In this document: positions 1-6,885 of the stretch, piece by piece
Position numbering within the stretch: the stretch's first letter is position 1
How the letters are laid out: the number at the start of each line of letters is the position of its first letter
The notes under the pieces: model-generated
Seen by the model: the letters and a program-made list of their open reading frames with translations, nothing else
What the model was told of the DNA's origin: nothing
The model's database searches: none
Translations under genes and position numbers: made by a program
DNA from: an uncultured Gammaproteobacteria bacterium
GTDB taxonomy: Bacteria; Patescibacteriota; Patescibacteriia; VMEV01; CAZAJQ01
Assembly: GCA_964485795.1 (NCBI GenBank)
Contig: CAZAJQ010000003.1
Coordinates: 876-32,875 of the forward strand
Reading direction: 5' to 3'
DNA: 32,000 bases

Positions 1-64
1 CCGTCGAATTTTTTTTTAAAAAAAAAGATCGGCGGAAAAATGAAAAAAAATAAATTTCACTCTT

Positions 65-2158
65 ATGCGCAAGCGGTTTTTTTATTTCCTTTCTTTTTTT
101 GTCGTTTTCGGAATGATTTTTTATTCGGCCGCGAAACCTCTGTCGGCGTTTACCTTTCCGATTCCTTTTTTGTTTCAGCAGTTCACCGATGATGACGAGG
201 ACAGTGACGGAGACGGTCTTTTTGACGAAGACGAAGATCAGTTCGGATCGGATAAGCGAAACTCTGACACGGACGGAGACGGATTGACCGACGGCGAAGA
301 GGTGGATCAAGACACGGATCCCACCCGTTCGGATACGGACGATGACGGATTCGGCGATTCGGACGAAATCGATGCGGGTTCCGATCCACTCGACCCGGAT
401 TCCACTCCGGAAAATGTCGGTGAAAATGACGAAGAAGACGACATGACGGTCGATGAGGACGCGGATGATACGGAGGAAGAGTCAACGGAAGAAAGTGAAG
501 ATGATGAGTCGCTTGACGAAGAGGAATCATCGGATGAACAATTTTTTGATGAGGAAGGAGGAGAGCTGGAAGAGGAAGCATCGTCGATGAACGATGAAGA
601 CGATGATGATGACGGTCTCAGCGATGAAGAAGAAAGGGAGCTGGGAACGGATCCCGATTCGAACGATACCGACAAAGACGGCTTTGACGATGCCACGGAA
701 ATCAAAAACGGTTATGACCCGCTCGGCAAAGGTAAGCTCACGGATTCACTTCGATATAGAGTTCGCGGCGGGATATATTTGGCCGTCGAGCAGCATGGGG
801 AGGCTTGGTACATCGATCCACAAAATCTTTTGCGATATTACCTCGGCAGGGCCGATGCGGCCTTGGAATTGGTACGCAAGCGAGGAATAGGGATTACAAA
901 TGCGGATATTGCCAAGATAGAAATCGGTATTTTGGCTGTGAGTTCTTCGGAATTTGCTTTGGAGCACATGGGGAAGATTTTTCTTCAGGTGGAATCTCAC
1001 GGTGAGGCATGGTATGTGTATCCCAAGGATCTCAAGCGATATTACCTCGGAAGTCCGGAAATGATGATGCAGATTATGATACAGCTTGGTATCGGCATTT
1101 CAAATAAAGATCTCAATGAGATTCCGATAGCTCATGATTCTCCGTTGCTGCCGGGTGAAAAGTCATCTCCCATTGAAGTGAATCCGCAATCGAAGCCTCA
1201 AGTGTTACCGACCTATGATTCACTCCAGCTGTTTTCATCGGGTCTCTTTGGCAAAAAAATTCCTGCGACTCTTGCCGTAGATCCCAAATCATCGACGTAT
1301 GTGCAGAGTTTTGTACAGGATGGTTCATTGGTATTCCTTCATAGAACGTTTACTTTTCCCGTGTATTTTGCCGATAAAAATACAAAAAGAGTTGATATCC
1401 CTTTGCCTTGCGGCTCGGCATGGGAGCTTGGGATAAATAAGATGAAAAATGTTCCTATCCCTGATTTTGCAGAAGCCAGCGACGATATATCGGGCGTCAC
1501 GATACCGGCGGGGAGATGTGCGGAAGATGTCGCGGCCGATAATAATATGGTGATACTGGACTTGGATACTCGCTGTGAATACGATTTATGGCAGGCAAGA
1601 AAGGTAAACGGTTCGTGGGAGGCGAGCTGGGGGAGTGGTTTATCCATGGATAGCGATGGCATACAACCTCACGGAATGTCATCGCGAGGATCGGGATTTT
1701 CATTTTTGGGCGGTGTCGTATGGCCGAATGAATTTGAAAGTGGCATTCATCACGCCATGGTGTTCTCCTATCCTTTTACAAAAGCCGGCGGACCGGTATT
1801 TCCGGCCACTGACAGCGATGGAGAGGATACCCGTGCCTTTGCCATACCCGAAGGGGCGCTTGTGAGGCTTGATCCTTCAGTCGATATCAGTGCATTTCCG
1901 GCACGTGAACGCGCCATCGCCAAAGCGATGCAAGAGTATGGAATGTATTTGGTGGATAACGGCGGAGAAAGCGGCATCGCAATCTATGGTGTTGATGCAA
2001 AGAGCGCGGCGGTGGATCCGTATGGTATAGGCGGTGAATCCATTTCATTGGCCAATATTCCGCTGGGTCGCTTGCAAGTGATGAAATTGCCGCCTCAGGA
2101 TGCAGACTTTCGTTCGAAGCTCCGTCCCGCGAGTAACTCTTGCATCACATATGAATAG
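65..2158 (+). CDS. Exported acidic surface protein with TSP3-like Ca-binding repeats, a hyperacidic linker, two tandem ~55-aa HGEAWY..RYYLG modules and an uncharacterised ~330-aa C-terminal domain
   Basis: Uninterrupted 697-aa ORF. The hydrophobic N-terminus (FFYFLSFFVVFGMIFYSAA) looks like a signal peptide or anchor. It has repeated DxDxDG(L/F)xDxxE motifs (DSDGDGLFDEDED, DTDGDGLTDGEE, DTDDDGFGDSDE, DTDKDGFDDATE). A D/E/S-rich linker follows. Two paralogous modules are present (YLAVEQHGEAWYIDPQNLLRYYLG and FLQVESHGEAWYVYPKDLKRYYLG). I do not recognise a catalytic motif. Confidence 0.75.
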   Translation: MRKRFFYFLSFFVVFGMIFYSAAKPLSAFTFPIPFLFQQFTDDDEDSDGDGLFDEDEDQFGSDKRNSDTDGDGLTDGEEVDQDTDPTRSDTDDDGFGDSDEIDAGSDPLDPDSTPENVGENDEEDDMTVDEDADDTEEESTEESEDDESLDEEESSDEQFFDEEGGELEEEASSMNDEDDDDDGLSDEEERELGTDPDSNDTDKDGFDDATEIKNGYDPLGKGKLTDSLRYRVRGGIYLAVEQHGEAWYIDPQNLLRYYLGRADAALELVRKRGIGITNADIAKIEIGILAVSSSEFALEHMGKIFLQVESHGEAWYVYPKDLKRYYLGSPEMMMQIMIQLGIGISNKDLNEIPIAHDSPLLPGEKSSPIEVNPQSKPQVLPTYDSLQLFSSGLFGKKIPATLAVDPKSSTYVQSFVQDGSLVFLHRTFTFPVYFADKNTKRVDIPLPCGSAWELGINKMKNVPIPDFAEASDDISGVTIPAGRCAEDVAADNNMVILDLDTRCEYDLWQARKVNGSWEASWGSGLSMDSDGIQPHGMSSRGSGFSFLGGVVWPNEFESGIHHAMVFSYPFTKAGGPVFPATDSDGEDTRAFAIPEGALVRLDPSVDISAFPARERAIAKAMQEYGMYLVDNGGESGIAIYGVDAKSAAVDPYGIGGESISLANIPLGRLQVMKLPPQDADFRSKLRPASNSCITYE

Positions 2159-2167
2159 CCGTTTCGC

Positions 2168-2196
2168 TTGATTCACATGTGAAAAGGGTTTACAAT
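2168..2196 (+). promoter_or_regulatory. Sigma70-like promoter candidate (TTGATT-17 nt-TACAAT) with an embedded 12-bp perfect palindrome TTCACATGTGAA
   Basis: TTGATT lies at 2168-2173 and TACAAT at 2191-2196, with a 17-nt spacer. The palindrome at 2172-2183 sits between the two hexamers. The element is ~50 nt upstream of the preferred M16 peptidase start (2246). Confidence 0.35.
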
Positions 2197-2245
2197 GGCT
2201 CATGTTTTTTGGATGAGCTGTCGCTTATTTAAATTTCCGCATCAT

Positions 2246-3520
2246 ATGTTTCATAAATTCGTGCTTCCAAACGGCCTGTCCGTCGTCCTCGTCCCCCAAA
2301 AAGCCGCAAAGACCTTGACGGCGCTTGTCGGAGTGCGTGTCGGATCGCGCATGGAAACCGAGCGCCTCAACGGCCTTTCGCATTTTATGGAGCATATGAT
2401 GTTCAAGGGAACGCAAAAGCGCCCTTCGACGTTTTTGATTTCCAAAGAGCTTGATACCATCGGCGCACAGTACAATGCCTTCACCTCCAAAGACATGACG
2501 GCGTACTATATCAAGGCATCGTCCAAGCATGAAACGATATTGCTTGATATGCTGTCGGATATGCTTTGCCATTCGTTGCTTGATCCGGCCGAAATAGAGC
2601 GAGAAAGAGGCGTGATACTCGAAGAAATCAAAATGTACGAGGAAAATCCTCTCATGTATATCGACGATTTGCTGGAAGCAAAGATGTACGAAGGAAATAC
2701 GCTCGGATCTTTGATCATCGGCACACGAGAAAATATCCGAAAAAACATCGTGCACGAGGATTTCGTGCATTTCAAAAAGTCCTACTATCGCGGGGAAAAC
2801 ATGTGTCTCGTTTTGGCCGGCGACATTCAAAAAGACATGCGCCATCGGGTTGCCGAATATTTCGCTCCTTTGCACGGAGAGAAAAAGCGCAATCAACCGC
2901 GTTTCAAAAGTTTTGAAAGCCAGCAAAAAAATCCGAAAGTCACGCTTTTTTACAAGGACCTCGATCAGGTGCAGCTTGGCATGGGTTTCGTCGCCTATGC
3001 CGACGATCATCCGGACAAAAACGCTTTGCAGCTTTTGGCCACGATTTTGGGAGGCAATATGAGCTCCAAGCTTTTCATCGAAGTTCGCGAAAGACGCGGG
3101 CTTGCGTATTTCGTCAAAGCGTCGCTGAATCCCTATCAGGACGTCGGCAATTTTTCCATACAGATCGGACTCGATAAAAACAAGGTGAAAGAAACCATAG
3201 AAGTGGTGATGGGTGAGCTTGAAAAGATCACGCTCGAAGGTGTCATGGAAGAAGAGCTCGAAAACGCGAAAAGTTTCATTGCCGGTCATATGGATTTGCA
3301 GCTTGAGGATTCCAGCAATCTTGCGCAATGGTATTTTCGTCAAGAATTGCTGCTCGGCACCAAAGTTACGCCTGAAGAAAGATTGGAAGAAATGAAAAAA
3401 GTCACCAAGCATGATATCGTGAGGGTGGCTCAGGATATTTTTCAGTCAAAAAAGATGACCTTGGCCTTGATCGGTCCGTTCAAGTCCGAATCGCAGTTTA
3501 CCGATATTCTTTCCGTGTAG
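2246..3520 (+). CDS. M16 (pitrilysin) family zinc peptidase
   Basis: The inverted zinc motif HxxEH is present (HFMEHMMFKGT). The N-terminus is typical of the family (FVLPNGLSVVLV), and length and layout match two-lobed M16 proteins. The track ORF begins at 2195. I prefer the in-frame ATG at 2246 because family members start just before the LPNGL strand and the promoter -10 overlaps 2195. Confidence 0.9.
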   Translation: MFHKFVLPNGLSVVLVPQKAAKTLTALVGVRVGSRMETERLNGLSHFMEHMMFKGTQKRPSTFLISKELDTIGAQYNAFTSKDMTAYYIKASSKHETILLDMLSDMLCHSLLDPAEIERERGVILEEIKMYEENPLMYIDDLLEAKMYEGNTLGSLIIGTRENIRKNIVHEDFVHFKKSYYRGENMCLVLAGDIQKDMRHRVAEYFAPLHGEKKRNQPRFKSFESQQKNPKVTLFYKDLDQVQLGMGFVAYADDHPDKNALQLLATILGGNMSSKLFIEVRERRGLAYFVKASLNPYQDVGNFSIQIGLDKNKVKETIEVVMGELEKITLEGVMEEELENAKSFIAGHMDLQLEDSSNLAQWYFRQELLLGTKVTPEERLEEMKKVTKHDIVRVAQDIFQSKKMTLALIGPFKSESQFTDILSV

Positions 3521-3547
3521 AATCGCGAAATGAATTTCGATACAAAA

Positions 3548-3573
3548 AAACCCGAGCTTGTTTCGGGTTTTTG
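3548..3573 (+). terminator. Rho-independent terminator after the M16 peptidase gene
   Basis: The stem AAACCCGA (3548-3555) pairs with TCGGGTTT (3563-3570) around a 7-nt loop, followed by a T run. It lies inside the 5' extension of track ORF 3530, which argues for the 3581 start of the next gene. Confidence 0.6.
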
Positions 3574-3580
3574 CATCACT

Positions 3581-4693
3581 ATGAAAATTGGCATTGATTG
3601 CAGAATTCTCGGGGATCACAAGAGCGGCAAAACTTCCGGCATCGGAGAGTATGTATTTTTTTTGGTTCAAAGTCTTCTCGAGCGAGATCAAAAAAACGAA
3701 TATGTGCTGTTTTTTTCAAGACATCAAAAAATTCCCTTTCGGGGCGATTTCACTCGAGCAATTTTTGACGCTCCGAAAATTCCGGTGGTAATCTCTCATA
3801 TTCTTTTTTCTTTTTTTTTAAAAAAATATTACTGCGATCTTTATCATTTTCCAAACGGACACATACCGATATTTTTTTTCGGTAATGCGATGATAACGCT
3901 TCACGATATTGCGATGCTCAAACATCCCGAGTGGTTTCCCGACGGGCAGCTGCTTGTGAGAAAAATACTGCTGCCTTTTAGTGTTTTCAAAGCAAAAAAA
4001 ATCCTCTGTGTTTCAAAAAAAACGTTTGAAGAAGCAAAAAGTTTTTTTCCAAATCTCAAGAAAAAAGCGCGGGTCGTGCACCTTGGACATGGCATGGTGA
4101 GTCCAAAATCCTTTTCAAACGGCTCATCAAGCGAGATGTTGAACAAACGCGGCCTCAGAAAGGCAAACTATGTTTTGTTTGTGGGAACGCTTGAACCGCG
4201 GAAAAACCTCATGGCCGCCATGAGAGCCTACGAAAAATCGGGAATAACGATTCCTTTTGTCATCGCGGGAAATCGCGGCTGGAAATGCGATGATATCATA
4301 TCATTGCTTATGCCGGCAGCCGGTTGCAAGCCGACCAACCTGCGATACCTGGGTCCGATTTCAAACGATGAAAAGCGCGTTTTGATGGAGAATTGCGAAA
4401 TATTTTTTTGGCCGTCCTTATACGAGGGTTTTGGCATACCGGTTTTGGAGGCCATGGCCTGCGGAGCGGCGGTGATCACGTCACAGGAGACGGCAATGGA
4501 AGAATTCGCTTTTGATGCCGCCAAATTCGTCGATCCTCAAAACGAAAATGAAATGGCCGATGCTCTTTTGCAACTTCATCGCGATGTTCGTGAAAGATCG
4601 GAGCTGCAAAAAAAAGCACGATTGCGTGCTTTGGATTTTTCATCTGAGAAATGCGCGAAAGAAACTTTGGAAGCGTATCGGGACGTTCGTTGA
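3581..4693 (+). CDS. GT4-family (GT-B fold) glycosyltransferase
   Basis: The C-terminal half has the classic retaining-GT signature (PSLYEGFGIPVLEAMACGAAVITS, i.e. the EX7E region). The N-terminus MKIGIDCRIL is typical of the family. Start chosen at ATG 3581, after the terminator. The gene is visibly more AT-rich than its neighbours. Confidence 0.85.
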   Translation: MKIGIDCRILGDHKSGKTSGIGEYVFFLVQSLLERDQKNEYVLFFSRHQKIPFRGDFTRAIFDAPKIPVVISHILFSFFLKKYYCDLYHFPNGHIPIFFFGNAMITLHDIAMLKHPEWFPDGQLLVRKILLPFSVFKAKKILCVSKKTFEEAKSFFPNLKKKARVVHLGHGMVSPKSFSNGSSSEMLNKRGLRKANYVLFVGTLEPRKNLMAAMRAYEKSGITIPFVIAGNRGWKCDDIISLLMPAAGCKPTNLRYLGPISNDEKRVLMENCEIFFWPSLYEGFGIPVLEAMACGAAVITSQETAMEEFAFDAAKFVDPQNENEMADALLQLHRDVRERSELQKKARLRALDFSSEKCAKETLEAYRDVR

Positions 4694-4748
4694 TATCGGC
4701 GGGATTACTTTGGGAAAGTTTATGTCTATTGCCGAAAAACGTCAATAT

Positions 4749-5204
4749 TCAAAGCGTGCGTATCAGCCACCATGCCAGGATGATTTGCATGACGGTGCCG
4801 GGGATGAAATTCACGATGATTTTTTGCGCGAGATAGTTGTGATTGAACGTATGGAATCGGTGGAAACGAGGAAAAAGATTGAGAAGTTCATGCAAAGCCA
4901 CGATCAGATCGGGTAAAAGCGAGCCTATAAGGGCGTAGGAAACGCTTGAAATTTTCAAATCGATGATGTCTTTTGCCGAAAAAAAAGAAATCAAAAAAAA
5001 CGTGATTATCACGTCTGCGAAAATCATGCATACGGCCCCCTTTTTTTTGCCGGTTTTCTGATAGGTGAGAAACATTTTCCCATCGCCATGCGGGATCAAA
5101 TCCATTACAAAGTGGAGCATGAAGCCCCAGAGAAACGCCCAAAGAGGCGATGCGATGTTTTGTCCCAATGCCGCACCCGTCAGGGCATGCACGGAAAGAT
5201 ACAT
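4749..5204 (-). CDS. Small polytopic membrane protein, YdjM/DUF457-like putative membrane-bound metal-dependent hydrolase
   Basis: 151-aa ORF with several hydrophobic helices and His/Asp clusters at the helix ends (HFVMDLIPHGD, LLPDLIVALHE, FHRFHTFNH). This resembles the family as I remember it. No search was done. Confidence 0.5.
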   Translation of the reverse strand: MYLSVHALTGAALGQNIASPLWAFLWGFMLHFVMDLIPHGDGKMFLTYQKTGKKKGAVCMIFADVIITFFLISFFSAKDIIDLKISSVSYALIGSLLPDLIVALHELLNLFPRFHRFHTFNHNYLAQKIIVNFIPGTVMQIILAWWLIRTL

Positions 5205-5350
5205 ACACGATATTTTTTACCAATTCCGGTTCGTTTATACCCGTTGGGTAACGATCGAATTATGCAAAAATATACCTAAAAATGAGAAAAAAAGCAAATG
5301 AGAAAGAGGAAATGGAAAAAAATTGGGAAAGAGGAATAACGATATAACGA

Positions 5351-5368
5351 TACCAGGGGTGAGGATCG
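5351..5368 (-). repeat. 18-nt perfect direct duplicate of the 3' end of the adjacent CAU tRNA
   Basis: TACCAGGGGTGAGGATCG at 5351-5368 is identical to 5412-5429, which is the tRNA 3' acceptor strand plus the 3' T-stem strand and part of the T loop. The copies are separated by 43 nt. No matching 5' T-stem half is present, so this is a fragment and not a tRNA. Confidence 0.8.
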
Positions 5369-5411
5369 TCCCGAAGGGATGTCGCCTAGGCTCCAAACTC
5401 TCGACTTTAAT

Positions 5412-5485
5412 TACCAGGGGTGAGGATCGAACTCACGACCTAGGGCTTATGAGTCCCTCGCTCTGACCAACTGAGCTACCCTGGC
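5412..5485 (-). tRNA. tRNA with anticodon CAU (elongator Met or Ile2/lysidine; cannot be distinguished by eye)
   Basis: Manual cloverleaf of the reverse complement: GCCAGGG TA GCTC AGTTGGTCA GAGC G AGGGA CTCATAA GCCCT AGGTC GTGAG TTCGATC CTCAC CCCTGGT A. It is 74 nt with a G1-U72 wobble and an A31/G39 mismatch. CCA is not encoded. Confidence 0.85.
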
Positions 5486-5488
5486 CTA

Positions 5489-5606
5489 CTTCCTCATTCC
5501 CAATTCCTATTGCCTCTTTCCTAATTCCTTCCCGTATTTCCTCTTTTTTTGATTCTTTAGGAATGAAGAATTAGGATTGGGAAAGAGGCATAGGGAATGA
5601 GGGACT
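5489..5606. repeat. Long imperfect palindrome (hairpin spacer) between the two CAU tRNA genes
   Basis: The left arm (5490-5527) and right arm (5568-5606) pair in blocks: CCTCATTCCC/GGGAATGAGG, TAT/ATA, GCCTCTTTCC/GGAAAGAGGC and TAATTC/GAATTA, with bulges between blocks. Further partial copies of GGGAAAGAGG/AGGAATTGGG lie at 5325-5338 and 5611-5631. Confidence 0.6.
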
Positions 5607-5652
5607 GGGAATCAGGAAATAGGAATTGGGGAAAAATTTTTTTAAAAAATTT

Positions 5653-5725
5653 TTGCGGGGGTGGGACTCGAACCCACGGTCTCGAGGTTATGGGCCTCGC
5701 GAGATGCCAACTTCTCTACCCCGCG
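5653..5725 (-). tRNA. Initiator tRNA-fMet (CAU)
   Basis: Reverse complement: CGCGGGG TA GAGA AGTTGGCA TCTC G CGAGG CCCATAA CCTCG AGACC GTGGG TTCGAGT CCCAC CCCCGCA A. It has the C1xA72 mismatch, A73 and the A11:U24 pair. The acceptor ends are the same as I recall for E. coli tRNA-fMet (CGCGGGG...CCCCGCAA). CCA is not encoded. Confidence 0.85.
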
Positions 5726-5790
5726 TCAAGTGATGTAGGTCAAATAGTAACAAAAATAACGGGAAATGTAAAACTTCGTGTTGATTTTTA

Positions 5791-5874
<84 letters not shown>

Positions 5875-5955
5875 AAATAAAAAGAAAGTATTTCAGTTCC
5901 GCCCCTGCCCACTTTTGGTGGGATCTCGGAACATTTTCTAAAACGCAAAATTCAA

Positions 5956-5981
5956 AAATTCCTCAAATTTTTGAGAAATTT
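5956..5981. promoter_or_regulatory. 12-bp-arm inverted repeat in the divergent tRNA/parA intergenic region (candidate operator)
   Basis: AAATTCCTCAAA (5956-5967) and TTTGAGAAATTT (5970-5981) match at 11 of 12 positions across a 2-nt spacer. A TACAAT -10-like hexamer lies at 5991-5996, ~50 nt upstream of the parA ATG. Confidence 0.3.
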
Positions 5982-6045
5982 ACCCTATGATACAATAGAG
6001 AAATGGCGATTGTCAAAGCGCGGAGCATTCCTTATAATGGGTAAT

Positions 6046-6864
6046 ATGGCGCATATCATTTCGATCGTCAATCAAAAGGGCGGAGTCGGAAAAACCACGA
6101 CTTCGGTGAATCTTTCCGCTTCGTTGGCCGAACATTTCGGCAAAAAAGTTCTATTGGTTGACATGGATCCGCAAGCCAATGCCACATCGGGTTTGGGAGT
6201 GGATTATCGGAAGCTTGACGCCGGCATCTACGAAGCCATCATAGGCGACAAGACTTTGCCCGAGATTGTGACGGATTCGTATGTCAAAAACCTCAAAATC
6301 GCGCCGGCTCATGCGGGTTTGACGGGAGCGAGCATCGAGCTGGTGAATGTTGACGAACGGGAATACTGCCTCAAAAAAATTCTTGACACGGTTTCGGATG
6401 CGTACGATTTCATATTCATTGACAATGCCCCTTCACTGGGACTCTTGACCCTCAATGGACTGGTGGCGTCGGATCAGGTGCTTATTCCGGTTCAATCCGA
6501 ATATTATGCGCTTGAAGGACTTGGACAGCTGCTCCATACCGTGCACCTCGTCAAACAAGGATTAAACCCCGATCTTGAGATACTGGGGGTGGTGGTGACC
6601 ATGTTTGACGCTCGCAACAATCTCTCCGGGCAAATTCTTGAAGAGTTGTATAAACATTTTCCGCATCGGATTTTCCGTTCGACGATTCCGAGGAATATTC
6701 GGCTCACCGAGGCTCCCAGTCACGGCAAAAGCGTTTTTCACTATGATGCGCGCTCAAAGGGTGCGACCTCGTATCAACGTTTGGCAAAAGAATTTCTTGG
6801 CATTTATCCTCACATCAACCCTCACACCAACCCTCCTCAGTCAATGCAATCATCTCATGAGTAG
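6046..6864 (+). CDS. parA: ParA/Soj chromosome-partitioning ATPase
   Basis: The deviant Walker A is present (VNQKGGVGKTTTSVNLS), and the MDPQANATSGLG and DxxP regions are typical. Start taken at ATG 6046 (MAHIISIVNQKGG) rather than the track's TTG at 5971. The Pro/His-rich C-terminal tail (YPHINPHTNPPQ) is unusual and is encoded by a 12-nt tandem repeat. Confidence 0.9.
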   Translation: MAHIISIVNQKGGVGKTTTSVNLSASLAEHFGKKVLLVDMDPQANATSGLGVDYRKLDAGIYEAIIGDKTLPEIVTDSYVKNLKIAPAHAGLTGASIELVNVDEREYCLKKILDTVSDAYDFIFIDNAPSLGLLTLNGLVASDQVLIPVQSEYYALEGLGQLLHTVHLVKQGLNPDLEILGVVVTMFDARNNLSGQILEELYKHFPHRIFRSTIPRNIRLTEAPSHGKSVFHYDARSKGATSYQRLAKEFLGIYPHINPHTNPPQSMQSSHE

Positions 6865-6878
6865 GGTTGGTGTGAGGG
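6819..6878 (+). promoter_or_regulatory. Perfect 16-bp stem-loop spanning the parA stop codon and covering the parB Shine-Dalgarno
   Basis: CCCTCACACCAACCCT (6819-6834) is the exact reverse complement of AGGGTTGGTGTGAGGG (6863-6878), with a 28-nt loop. The right arm contains GAGGG (6874-6878), 7 nt upstream of the parB ATG at 6886. The left arm is the second copy of the tandem CCTCACA(T/C)CAAC (6808-6819 and 6820-6831). Confidence 0.5.
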
Positions 6879-6885
6879 TAAACAT

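Noticed and set aside
1-35. T9A9 palindrome with flanking partial complementarity (CCGTCGAA-T9 A9-GATCGGCGG) at the window edge.
   Set aside because: It could be the terminator of an upstream gene, but the context is cut off by the window boundary. The stem is mostly A:T with mismatches. This is too weak to call.
183-705. Ser-rich and Arg/Pro-rich antisense ORFs (183-581, 307-705) and the overlapping plus-strand ORF 594-890.
   Set aside because: They are artefacts of the GAT/GAA/GAC-rich acidic-repeat coding region of ORF 65-2158. The complement of the Asp/Glu codons gives Ser/Ile runs.
2225-3412. Long antisense ORFs opposite real genes: 2225-3412(-) opposite the M16 peptidase, 7968-9209(+) opposite rel, 19041-20234(-) and 22120-22797(-) opposite the surface proteins, 25534-26424(-), 27749-28618(-), and 7087-7839(-) opposite parB.
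   Set aside because: Their translations are low-complexity or compositionally odd (rich in F/H/R/I) and have no recognisable motifs. The opposite strand encodes proteins with unmistakable family signatures. They are shadow ORFs caused by codon bias.
3811-3826. Homopolymer tracts as possible phase-variation switches: T9+A7 at 3811-3826, T8 near 3872, A8 at 3994-4001 and 4015-4022 in the GT4 gene, and A9 at 29683-29691 in a surface-protein gene.
   Set aside because: Comparable tracts also occur in the housekeeping ybeY gene (T8 at 30867-30874, T9 at 30891-30899). They mostly encode Lys/Phe runs. This therefore looks like a genome-wide compositional habit rather than targeted contingency loci. 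It could still be revisited with population data.
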